A DNA stretch of 64,000 nucleotides from Octopus vulgaris (lineage: Eukaryota): NCBI GenBank assembly GCA_951406725.2, contig OX597816.1, forward strand, positions 70,866,001 through 70,930,000, in the 5' to 3' direction. Within the stretch, counting starts at the first letter, position 1, and each line of letters opens with the position of its first letter. Made by a program: the position numbers and the translations under genes. Below are positions 51,561-64,000 of the stretch, piece after piece. The notes beneath the pieces were generated by a model. That model worked only from the letters and a program-made list of their open reading frames with translations. It did not search any database and was not told the DNA's origin.

Positions 51561-52442
51561 AAAGCGTGTACTCTTTATTCCATTTGAGTTTTATTGAATG
51601 ATTGTGTAAAATTTCTTTAATAAGATATATTGTAAGTTTACACACACACCCGCACACACACACACACACACACATATACACGCACACACGAGGTACTCTT
51701 TGCTCTTTTACTTGCTTCAGTCATTTGACTGTGGCCATGCTGGAGCACACACTTGGTGTTATTGTTGTTATGATGTGTGTACTCTTTATCCCATTTGAGT
51801 TGTTTTGAGTGAAAATGTGCCGTTTGAGTAGTTCCACTCATTGGATGGTAGGTTTTTTTTAAGGATTAAAGCAGTGATATATTTCTGGTATCATTATAAC
51901 ATCGAAGATGATATATGTAAGACTGAATTTTTTCCAACAATAATATTGTATACAACTTGAGATGTTGGCCTTACCTTAATATTTGTTGTCGTTTTTAACA
52001 ATTATATATCCGCTGCATCGGAAATCTCGATATGTTTCGAAAGAAACGACCTGCAAGTGTGAAAAGAGAAGAAAGTGTGTCCAAAAAGCCTAAATAAAGC
52101 GAAGTGAGAGCTAAAACGCCAGAAATTGTTATTCTTGAAGTCTTAATAGGAGATTCTCCTTCAAGACAGTTATCCTCCTCCTCCCCGCTCCATCGTCTTC
52201 CTCGCGCACAGATCGTCCAATCTTTAAGGTAATTAAGTTAATAAAACTAGTTTACATATTTCCTTTGCATTCTCTTTTATGTTTTTACAATTGTCACTTT
52301 TCTTGTAACTTCATCTTTTGTGTTTTAAATTTAGAGAGCTTTTTTTGGTGGGGTGGGGGCGGGCTGGAACAAATTAATTATATTTTTGTTTCAATAGGGA
52401 AAATTGGTTTGTAAAACGAGTAAATCTTAAAACGAGCTCGGT

Positions 52443-52508
<66 letters not shown>

Positions 52509-53318
52509 GTAGCTGAATTACCTGGCGTTGCCCGTGTTACTGCTGTTCTTATTCAGATTAGTAAACAATAAATATGAATATATATTTTTTTTCTCATAAT
52601 TATTTCAAAATATTTATATTTTATGAAAAAATATCCAAATTGTAATGATACCACAATTTAGAACTAAAAATCTGTCAATCTTGAAGCACGTCAGGCTAAA
52701 CAATATTCATTGTGTAAGCTTTTGTTGGTGTCCAAATGGATAAATTGTTACTGCTTCCAACTCGTGAGCAATGAACATAGAGTTGGCCGTGGGAAAAGCA
52801 TGTAGTAGAGAGATGACGTCCAACCACCTTGAGGGATTGACCAAAAGATTTGTTAACTGAAATAACAAAACTTAGTTTGACTGGAAACTGAAGCCTCTTA
52901 AATTCAAATGAAACATCTGTTGGTACTAAAGGATATTTTGGAATAAAGACATTTTCTTCTTTATGACTACCTGTTAGGATTGTTGCCTCTAGGGCATGAG
53001 GCTTCATGGAAATAACAGCTAAGCGAGTACCATTACTCAGGCGAAGTGGGTCACGATTCCTAAGCAACATAATGGAGCATCCAGCCTTAGTGTGAAGTTA
53101 TTCAGTGGCATCCCAGTGGATTTAAGTGTGTTCAGAAATTCAACAGGGTGTTGAACAGCCTAATCTCGATCGACCGTTATGTGAATTGATGGAAAAGTCA
53201 TTTCTGATGTATCTGTTAACTTTTGAAGCTTATGATTGAGTTTATCAATCATTTCATTAGTTGGAGCTTTTTCACATAGCCAGTTTACATCAGTGTAATT
53301 GACAATCACACATACATT

Positions 53319-53361
<43 letters not shown>

Positions 53362-53910
53362 TCTCACGTACACTGACATGCATATACTAAGACACACACA
53401 CACAGACATACATTTACGTAACGAACGCGCAAATGCACTCACACACACACACATACACTCACAGACACATACTCAGTCATATACAAAATATGTCGGCGTC
53501 GGCGTAGTCGTCGTATAAAATCCCCTTTACTATGTCGTACGTAACAAACGCGCAAACACACATACATTGACAGGCACATATACACTCATATACAAAATGT
53601 GACGTCGTCGTAGTATAAAATCTCCTTTGCTATGTCGTACATAACGAACATGCAAACACACACACACTGACAGACACAAACACACTCATACAAAATGTGA
53701 CGTCATCGTCGTCGCGGTATAAAATGTCTTTTACCATAGTTGACTATAGAGAGATTATTTTCGAGAAAATGTTATATTATTTAAATCCAAATGAAAATAA
53801 AAATTACACGCTGACACTCGCGGGGTGTAATACCATTACCTTGTAAAATTTGATTTGGTGGAGCCATTTGAGAATGCATAGGGAACAGATAGACAAAGAA
53901 TATTATATAT
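52509..53910 (-). mobile_element. Helitron remnant 2 (PIF1 helicase fragment)
   Basis: MLLRN..P.RL.NGTRL...F.FKRLQFPVKL.F..S.NKS.GQSL...FSHGQLYV..SRV; 3' hairpin CGGGCAACGCCAGG with a mutated CTAG; internal ~100-bp tandem repeats at 53478-53735. Confidence 0.8.
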
Positions 53911-54485
53911 ATATATATATATCGGTCATTTCTCCATAAGGCAGAAAAAAGTAAACTCTAAACGAAATTTTATGTATTCGAGTAGCATATCTTTGGTTGT
54001 GGCAAAAACCGGTCAGAAAATTGCTGTTGCTTTTGCGCCTGTTACTGCACTTGACAATATGAATGACTCATCAGATCTGTTGGCCGGAAGCACGTAGCCT
54101 CTTTACTGCTGGAGGTAAAGATACAATCTTAGTCAATTTGGTGGTGAAAAAAGAAAACGAAGTAAAAAAAAAAACAACCTTTTTGAGAGGTAGATAAATT
54201 TCTTCTCTTTTCCCTCGCAGACGGGTTCTTTTATATTCTAATTCAAACTGGCTAAGATTTACTTCAATCAGTAAAGAGGCTGTGTTCTTCAGGCCAGCAT
54301 ACGTGGTGAGTTGTCTGTATCACTTAGTGCACTAACAGACGCGGAACCAACGGCAACTTTTTGACTGGTTATACAGACACATACACACACACACACACTT
54401 GGATATACCAGAAAAATGACATATGTTGATGTCCTAAAGACAGACACTGGTCTCTGGGAGACACAGGACATGGCACACACACACA

Positions 54486-54526
<41 letters not shown>

Positions 54527-55459
54527 GCACACACACACACCTGTATGCAAGTCGATTACCACGACCTGAGTTTTCAGCTGGTACGCGAATGTATGAAAGG
54601 CAAAGTCAACCTCGGCGGAATTTGAACTCAGAACCGTAAGGACGAACTAAATGCTGCTAAGCAATTTGTGCGGCGTGCAAACAAATCTATCAGCACGCCT
54701 CCTTATGTATATATGTAGTAATAATGACTTTATAAAACCCAAAACGCACTTCCTTAACAAAATCAAATGGTACCATAACAACAAATACTAGACTACGTGT
54801 TTGGAGACTGAAGTTACTTTAGTCCTTCATAGGGACTGATCCTCTTTAAGGGACAAGGGAACTCTACAGTATTAGGGTAGCACTGCAATATCTGGGATGA
54901 TGCAATGTTGTTTTACCATGAGGTCGGAATGCAGAATTCTTACCACACAGCCATGTCCGCGCATATAAATATGCTGGTGTACGCGAGTGTGTGTGTGTGT
55001 GCATTCTTTTATCATATTTTTAACTGGTCCACGTATTAGATGAAGATCATACAGGGACATGGCCTTAATATTTTAATGAATTAAACTGACTCTTTTTATA
55101 AAGCCTGGTACTTATTTTATCGATCGCTTTTTGATGAATCTGTAGATTTACTATTTGTTCGTCCTAAGCTTCTGACACGCGCCAGTATCTGGGAAATGTA
55201 ACTGTAATGCTGTCTGTAAATAAAACAAAGCGAAAGGCTAAAAATCATTGGCCCTTAATCAATGAGTCGTAAGGTGAAAGTGAATAATAGAATTCTGTCT
55301 GTTTAAACTTTGGGGCGATTCCATCTAGCTGCAGTGACCTTTTATTACAACAAACAATACTTGCAACTACTAAATTCATTGATGTATTTGATTTCAAGCG
55401 TCAGCCTTCAACCCACAACGATTAGAACAAGTGTTATTTGTTAATCGATGAAGAAATGC

Positions 55460-55529
55460 TGGTAGTTGTAGTGTGTCTCTCGTCTGCACGAGGTCCTTCG
55501 TGCAGACGAGTCACATATTACAACTACCA
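55460..55529 (+). repeat. 70-nt fold-back hairpin
   Basis: TGGTAGTTGTAGTGTGTCTCTCGTCTGCACGAG-GTCC-TTCGTGCAGACGAGTCACATATTACAACTACCA. Confidence 0.85.
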
Positions 55530-55963
55530 AAATGTATTTTAATAGAAATAAGTGAAACGGAGATTAAAAAGCGAGGTACCATTTGAGATATATATATATA
55601 TACGTGTGTTTATGCATATACATGTATAATGTATTTGTGTATATATACAATATCTCCAGGTATCTATCTAAGTATGAAAATGTAGACGCGTGGTATAGTA
55701 TTTAATCTAGAGGTGTTAAGCTATAGGGTCGTAAGATCATAGGGTCGTAAGTTCGATTTCCTGACAAAGCAGCGCGCCGTGTTCCTAAATAAGGTATTTC
55801 ATTTCACATTACTTTATTTCATTCAGGTGAAAATGAGTTCCAGCTAACTACTATTGCAGCCCACTCTCCCTTTAGCCATCACACTCTCGATATTCCGCCA
55901 GCTAAAGGGTGAGACACCCAAAAGTGTGTCTATGTTTTCTCATGAATACATAAGCACTTGAAA

Positions 55964-56194
55964 GGCGGCGAGCTGGCAGAAACGTTAGCACACCGGGCGA
56001 AATGCGTAGCCGTATTTCGACCGCCGCTACGTTCTGAGTTCAAATTCCGCCGAGGTCGACTTTGCCTTTCATCCTTTCGAGGTCGATAAATTAAGTACCA
56101 GTTTCGCACTGGGGTCGATATAAACGACTTAATCCGTTTGTCTGTCCTTGTTTGTCCCCTCTATGTTTAGCCCCTTGTGGGTAGTAAAGAAATA
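55964..56194 (+). mobile_element. SINE family 1 full monomer with ~15-bp TSD
   Basis: TACATAAGCAC(T/C)TGAA on both sides. Confidence 0.88.
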
Positions 56195-57758
56195 TACATA
56201 AGCACCTGAAGCAAAGAAAGCGATGCACAAGCGCCCAGGTTACAGGTGTTTGCAAATAAGGGTCAAGATTTTTCGTAAATGTTCGCTTCATGATGTTATT
56301 TCAAGGTGGTTTTAAGAACAGCAACAGAATCATTAGAGAATTCGTTTTGACTATTACTGCCCAACTGCCTATTGAACCGTATATGCTCTTTTCTCCCTTT
56401 GTTTAAGTCATTATACTCCGACCTTGCTCGGGCGCCACCGTCAAGGATATCTGCTCGGTCATACTGACCTCAATTTTAATTCTAGCACTTATTTTAGTGA
56501 TTTACATTAATCGCATCGCTAAGTTACATGTCAAACACAAACAAAAGCAAGCAGACAGAAACTCACGCGCCTGCACATATATTCGCACATAAATAACATA
56601 AATAAATGCGTGTGTGTGTGTGTGTGTGTGTGCATATAGATATGCATGTGTGTCAATGCATCCTGACATATCTACCTGCCTTTTTAAATGTTTTTATAGT
56701 TCGGATTATTGACGTATTACATTGATTTTCTTTCAACAGGTGTTGTTTACTTAATCTTGATATCACCACCACCACCACCACAATCATCCCAGAGTTGAAT
56801 GACATTCGATTATTAAAGAGTTAATGAGGGAACTTCTGTGTGATCGGTTAGCGTGGTAGAAATAGCAGCCATATCTCCCTTGATCTCCTTTTCTCATTTC
56901 CAGCATTTATAGTTTTTGAATTGCAGAAAAGCAAACGAATTATTGTGTTTAGCGAAAGAGGTTAGCTGGATGATTCGTTTGTACGTTGAGCAAAAGTTTA
57001 GCGGCAGTTTTTGCGGTTTAGAGTTCAAACTCCGTGGAGGAAGATTTTTGCCTTTCATCTTTTTAGAGTCGACAAAATAAATACTGGAAAAGCATTCCAC
57101 GCAATCGCCTTATTCTTTCCTTCAAAACTGCTGACCTTACACCAAAATTAGAATATTTTTAAGAAATAAAGGCGAAATATTGCATTTTTTGTTTTTGTTT
57201 TTGTATAAATATAATGCATTACTACAAAAATGTAACGGCGAATCATTGAGAAATAAGTATGAGTGTTTGTAAGAATCTAACAATACATTTCAAAAAGATA
57301 TGCCCTGTGGCAGCAACATCTTCTCGAGGTCTATCTCGAACATAAGTGTCATTGATTGCACTTTCTAGCTCACCAACATTATTGATAGAACGGCGGGGAT
57401 TGGCGAAAACATTAGGGTCTTGTCGTATTTGCTTTATGTTTCTTACGTTATTCTGAGTTCAAATCCCGCAGGAGTTGGTTTTGCTTTTCATTTTCCTAAG
57501 GTTGACAACATAAAGAACAAACCGAATACTTGCGTTGATACAGCTGAACTATATCCCTCCCCAATAAAATGTCTGGCCTTGTATCTATGAAAGACATTAT
57601 CCTTATTATTATTGTGATTATGCCGGACAAAATGTTTAGACACATTTTCATCTGTCCTTAAGTCCTGATCTCAAATTCCGCCGAGATCATCTTTACCTTT
57701 CATTCTCTTGAGATCGATGAATTATCAGTCAAGCATTGGGGTCGATGTAATCGACTTA

Positions 57759-58690
57759 CAAAGTGGTATCAAAGAGTTCCCAGACCATTTCTGTAGCGCG
57801 CCAACAGATGGCAGCACACGGTTGCATGCGCAGTGAGAGTTAGCAGTGACGTTGATGAGGCAGTGAGCCGAGTGACATCATTGTGCTTGCTTCTCAAGTT
57901 GTAAAATTTATGTTTTTGTGATCACGTGTATGCTGTAGTCTGCGATTTTTGTCAGGGAAGGGAAGTTGAAACAGTGAAATTTTGCGTTAAACTTCGGAAG
58001 TCTGCTACGGAGGCATTAAGCATGCTTCGGCAAGCTTACGGCGACGAGGCAACGGGTTTTGTACGCAGTGTTTTGAGTGACACGGACGCTTCAAAAGTTG
58101 AAGGACGTCCCTGGATGATGATAAACAACCTGGAAAACCTGCCACAAGCGCCACCAACAGAAATGTGAAGAAAATTCATCCGCTGGTGCATGAGGATCGT
58201 CGGAGGACATTCAACGACGTTGCTGATGTAGTTGTTTGTCGTATGGGTCCATGGAGGCAATCCAAAGTTTGGATTCTTCCCGACGACAGTGCACTTTTCA
58301 CCGAGCTCTCCTCACTTGTGTGTGTGTTTTTTACCAAAGACAACATGGTATCTCTTCCGTACCCGTCCTAATCGCCACATTTACGAGCACCTGTGGACTT
58401 CCATCTATTTCTCAAGATGAAAATCCAGCTCAAAGGTCACCGTTTTAACACCGTTGTCGTGATCCAAAGCGAATCGCAGAATGTCCTTGGCTCGCTTACT
58501 TCCAGACTGGATTCCAAACCTTACTTCCAGACTTTACTTCCAGACCGGATTCCAGAAGTGGCAGGAACGCTGAGACCGGTGTACTGCTGCGCAAGGTGAC
58601 TATTTCAAAGGAGATGACGTTAAAAACTTAGACAAATAAGTTATTTTTCATTCAATATAATTAGTCTGGGAACTCTTTGATACTACCTCG
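57759..58690 (+). mobile_element. Internally deleted mariner element
   Basis: TA-flanked TIR (C)xxxGTxGTATCAAAGAGTTCCCAGAC; VKFCVKLRKSATE..MLRQAYGDEA; DFHLFLKMKIQLKGHRF. Confidence 0.9.
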
Positions 58691-59299
58691 TACTACCTAC
58701 CGTGAACTTGCTGGCCTTGTGCTAAAATTTGTAACCATTATTATCATTCTGATTATGCTGGACAAAATGGTTAGGCACATTTTCGTCCGTTCTTACGTTC
58801 TGAGTTCAAATTCCGCAGAGTTTGACTTTGCCTTTCATGCTTCCTGGGTCAATAAATCAAGTATCAATCGAGCACTGGGGTTGATGTAATCGACTAGTCT
58901 CCTCTCACAAAATTTCGGGCCTTGTTCCTATACTAGAAAGGTTTATTATCATTATCATATTATAATTCTGCTTGTTCCTTCCTTAGTTACTTAGTTCGTC
59001 CGTTCGTTACTCTCTTCTTATAATATGCAGAGAGGTAGTGAGAGAGAGTGGTGATAGAAAGTGTTTGTGTGTGTGTGAAACGGAAGACAAGTAGATAAAT
59101 ACATCGTCATATTGTTAAATCAAAGAAAAATAAACAAGGTAAACTTTCGATGTTACTTTTACTTTTTGATACAGAGGAGGGACAGAGAGGTAGTGAGAGA
59201 GAGAAAGGGACAGAGAGAGAGAAAGAGAGAGAGAGAGTGGTGACAGAAAGTGTGTATGTGAGTGTGTGTGTGAACGTGTGACATTCTGTGTTTATTTAT

Positions 59300-60706
<1,407 letters not shown>

Positions 60707-60874
60707 CACACTTATCTATACATACATGTATAGTTATGTGTAAACTGTAAATCGGGGATGGGATTTTTATCTATATATCTAATGAAGCAAATTTTGAAAT
60801 TGAAATAAAATTTTACTCAAATTGTAGAGGACTATTTTTTTATTGCGGGTGCGCGCGTCCAGAAACAAAGTGCG

Positions 60875-60888
60875 GTTGTCATGGTAAC
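60875..60888. promoter_or_regulatory. RFX X-box-like motif GTTGTCATGGTAAC
   Basis: One mismatch to GTTNCCATGGNAAC; adjacent CpG-rich GCGGGTGCGCGCG. Confidence 0.35.
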
Positions 60889-61749
60889 AAGCTGTTAATG
60901 CCTTGTCTGTTGATGGGCTAAAAATTAACCAAATTTTCAAACTTTATTTCCAAATAACATCAGATTCTTAATTTACAAGATAACGTAACTACCTGAGAAT
61001 AATCAAAAGTCAGAACTGCATCGATACACCAAAACTGAAAACAATCTGAGCAAAAGTAAAGGTGGATAATTTTGTGAGTGAAACATAGAAGATCCGAATT
61101 ACCCACAACAGTCCATTTTACCAATTCTTTTATTCTTTTATCTGTTTCAGTCATTTGACTGCTGCCACGCTGGAGCACTGCCTTTAGTCGAACAAATCGA
61201 CCCCAGGACTTATTCTTTGTAAGCCTAGTACTTATTCTATCGGTCTCTTTTGCCGAACCGCTAAGTTACAGGGACGTAAACACACCAGCATCGGTTATCA
61301 AGCGATGTTGGGTGTACAAACACAGACACACAAACATATACACACATACATTTATATATACATATATACGACGGGCTTCTTTCAGTTTCCGTCTACCAAA
61401 TCCACTCACAAAGCTTTGATCGACCCGAGGCTATAGTAGAAGACACTTGCCCAAGGTGCCACGCAGTGGGACTGAATCCGGAACCATGTGGTTGGTTAGC
61501 AAGCTACTTACCACACAGCCACTCCTGCGCCTATTGTATACATATTATTTTGTATTTCTTTCGTGCTTATAAACTGCTTTCGTCATGAACCGGCAACAAA
61601 AAACTGGAAGCTGCTTGCGCGAAAATGAGGCTCTACTGGCAGCGGATAAGGGAAGAGCAAAGGCTGGAAATCCTAGAGAGAGACAAGCAAAGCCAGCAGC
61701 TGAGACGAGCGTCAATGGAGGGTGAACAACGCGAGGAACACCTGCAGCA

Positions 61750-62154
61750 GTGGAGGCGCAATGGCCCAGTGGTTAGGGCAGCGGACTCGCGGTAGGAGGA
61801 TCGCGGTTTCTATTCCCAGACCGGGCGTTGCGTGTGTTTATTGAGCGAAAACACCTAAAGCTCCACGAGGCACCGGCAGGGGATGGTGGCGACCCCTGTT
61901 GTACTCTTTCGCCCCAACTTTATCTCACTCTTTCTTCCTGTTTCCTGTCCCCGACTTCCTACGCAACCGCTGAGCCTGGATGCGCATTCATCCACCCGTC
62001 GATGCTCTCGGTGTCGGGGGTTGACCTGCTTTCTCTTCTGCGGGTCTTACGAATAGCAAAGGACCACGTTTCGGACTTCTCCCATCTTGCGAGCTCTGGG
62101 ACGAAGACCGTTCGCTCAACAGCAACAGCAGCTCAACAGCAACAGCAGCTCAAC
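61750..62154 (+). mobile_element. SINE family 3 (tRNA head GGAGGCGCAATGGCCCAGTGG, CAA/CAG tail) with 13-bp TSD
   Basis: AACACCTGCAGCA at 61737-61749 and 62155-62167; it interrupts an E/Q/R-rich repeat-coding relic. Confidence 0.7.
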
Positions 62155-62854
62155 AACACCTGCAGCAAGATAGGAAGAGAAAACAAATAAGACGAGAAAA
62201 TATGAATGAGTAACAGCGTGCACAACACCACGAGCAGCAGAGAAACGTATTTCAGCAAACAGTAGAGAACATGAAACAACATGACAGCGTTATTTACCAG
62301 CAAAACTAAAAGGGAAGATATCGAGAAAGAGTTCAGAATATGAATGCTGGTGAAATTGACAATAGCTGGTAGAATCGCTAGAGCATCGGGAAAATGCTTT
62401 GTAGCATTTACCTAACTCTTTATGTTCTGGTTTTAAATCCCTAATCCTAAACCTACATTCATTTCTCTGGGATTGGTAAAATAAAGAACCAGTCTAAATA
62501 CTAGAGTTAATGGTATCGACTAACCCACTTCTAAAAATTGATGGCTTTGTGTCAAAATGTATGTTAACAGAAAAGTATTCTTTCTTTACTAAGTTTGAAT
62601 TGTAATTCATTTACGAAATAGCTACCACCACCGAAAGAATGTCCGAATAAATTAGGTTATGCTATTTATTTTGTTCGAGTTACATACCGTCAGTCATTTG
62701 ACCCTTGTCAGCCTGGTCACGAAGATAGTGGATCAGTGATTTGCCTTTTGGAAACCTGTAACCCTTACAGTTCTATATTTAAGAGATGAGGAATTATATA
62801 CACTATTTACATTATTTACATTTGACGATATTTGTTCTCATCTTGTTTGTTGTT

Positions 62855-62900
62855 AACACAACGTTTCGGCTGATATACCCTCCAGCCTTCATCAGGTGTC
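62855..62900 (-). ncRNA. Inverted copy of the minimal hammerhead motif
   Basis: Reverse complement of 63225-63270. Confidence 0.7.
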
Positions 62901-62973
62901 TTGGGGAAATTTCGAACCTGGGTTCTCATTCCTAAGGTATTTTTCGATGTTAATATTATTATTATAGTTGTTG

Positions 62974-63043
<70 letters not shown>

Positions 63044-63134
63044 AGGTCACGGGCATATTGCGTAGTGGTTAAGGGCGTGGGCTACTAACCCAAAGATTCC
63101 AAGTTCGATTCCAAGCAGTGACCTGAACACTAAC

Positions 63135-63177
<43 letters not shown>

Positions 63178-63224
63178 TCGAAAAATACCTTAGGAATGAG
63201 AGCCCAGGTTCGAAATTCCCCCAA

Positions 63225-63270
63225 GACACCTGATGAAGGCTGGAGGGTATATCAGCCGAAACGTTGTGTT
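63225..63270 (+). ncRNA. Minimal type I hammerhead ribozyme motif (Penelope type)
   Basis: GACAC-CTGATGA-A-GGCTG-loop-CAGCC-GAAA-CG-TT-GTGTT; helix I GACAC/GTGTT, palindromic ACGT helix III. Confidence 0.7.
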
Positions 63271-63733
63271 AACAACAAACAAGATAAGGACAGATATCCG
63301 TCACATGTAAATAATACCTGTAACCCTTGTTTACAAGTTGTATAACATAAAAGAAGTGTGTTTGTGTTATGTTCCTAGACATGTAGATACTTGTATGTGT
63401 GCAGCATGTTTGATAAGCTGTTGATGCATGTGTGCACACGTGTGCATATACGCTTGCATGTGGCAAGTCTCCTGTTGTATATCTAGCAAGGTGCAGGAAG
63501 AAAGAAAGAAAGAAAGAAAGGCTGAAAGAGAGACAAAAAGAGAGGAAGTAACAAAAATTCTGTTTATGTATGCCGGAGACATTTTTCTTTTCTCTTTTTT
63601 TCTTTCGATAGCTTGATATTAAGTGAAATCAAAGAAGTCTATTGTAATATCTGATGTTTGGGTGTTTAATTAAATACTTTATCTACTTTGCAAGCTGTGT
63701 CTATTGAAACAGTAACAGGTTGACAGTTTAATA

Positions 63734-63782
<49 letters not shown>

Positions 63783-64000
63783 GACAGACTGACAGAAACA
63801 GAAAGAGAGAGAAATGGAGAAAAGAAAACGGAGAGAGAACAGCGGGGAAGGGGGGGCAGATATTTAGGGAGAAACAGAAGAGAGAATAAGAAAGTGAAAA
63901 AAAAGCTGGAAAAAGAGAAAAAAGAGAAAGATACACATTTGCGAAAAAATATGTTGTTATCTTCCTTGGACAGTAATCCCTCGCTATATCGCGGTTCACC

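Larger units (their letters stand above)
62767..63315. mobile_element. tRNA-headed, Penelope-like non-autonomous retroelement with inverted arms and 13-bp TSD
   Basis: TSD ACCTGTAACCCTT at 62754-62766 and 63316-63328; arms 62811-63050 and 63118-63315; tRNA-like head 63051-63124. Confidence 0.8.

Noticed and set aside
63051-63124. Possible tRNA-Ser(ACT) gene
   Set aside because: No proper acceptor or T stem and no long variable arm; embedded in a TSD-flanked repeat. Treated as a SINE head; its parent tRNA (Ser or Asn) is uncertain.

Overview
Eukaryotic, AT-rich, repeat-dense DNA. The SINE families and microsatellite load suggest a coleoid cephalopod, probably Octopus (inference from recognising the repeats). 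No host protein-coding gene could be identified. The first ~33 kb is a single-anticodon tRNA array: 13 tRNA-Ser(GCT) genes in six variable-arm variants. It was built in layers: an old ~1.6-1.9 kb tandem repeat (genes 1-3), an inverted duplication (gene 4), and a young triplication of a ~6.5 kb cassette carrying three isodecoders (A-B-C). The triplication junctions can be read at base level. One cassette copy carries a young 5'-truncated CR1-type LINE. The rest is mostly transposon remains: hAT, Tc1, mariner, two Helitrons, a Gypsy gag relic, a Tx1/L1 3' end inside a (GATA)n tract, MITEs and several tRNA-derived SINE families. The most unusual object is a 549-bp element at 62.8-63.3 kb with a 13-bp TSD, a tRNA-like Pol III head and inverted arms that each carry a Penelope-type minimal hammerhead ribozyme motif. 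A second well-formed hammerhead motif lies at 38.25 kb. All alignments and folds were done by eye; family assignments are not database-verified.
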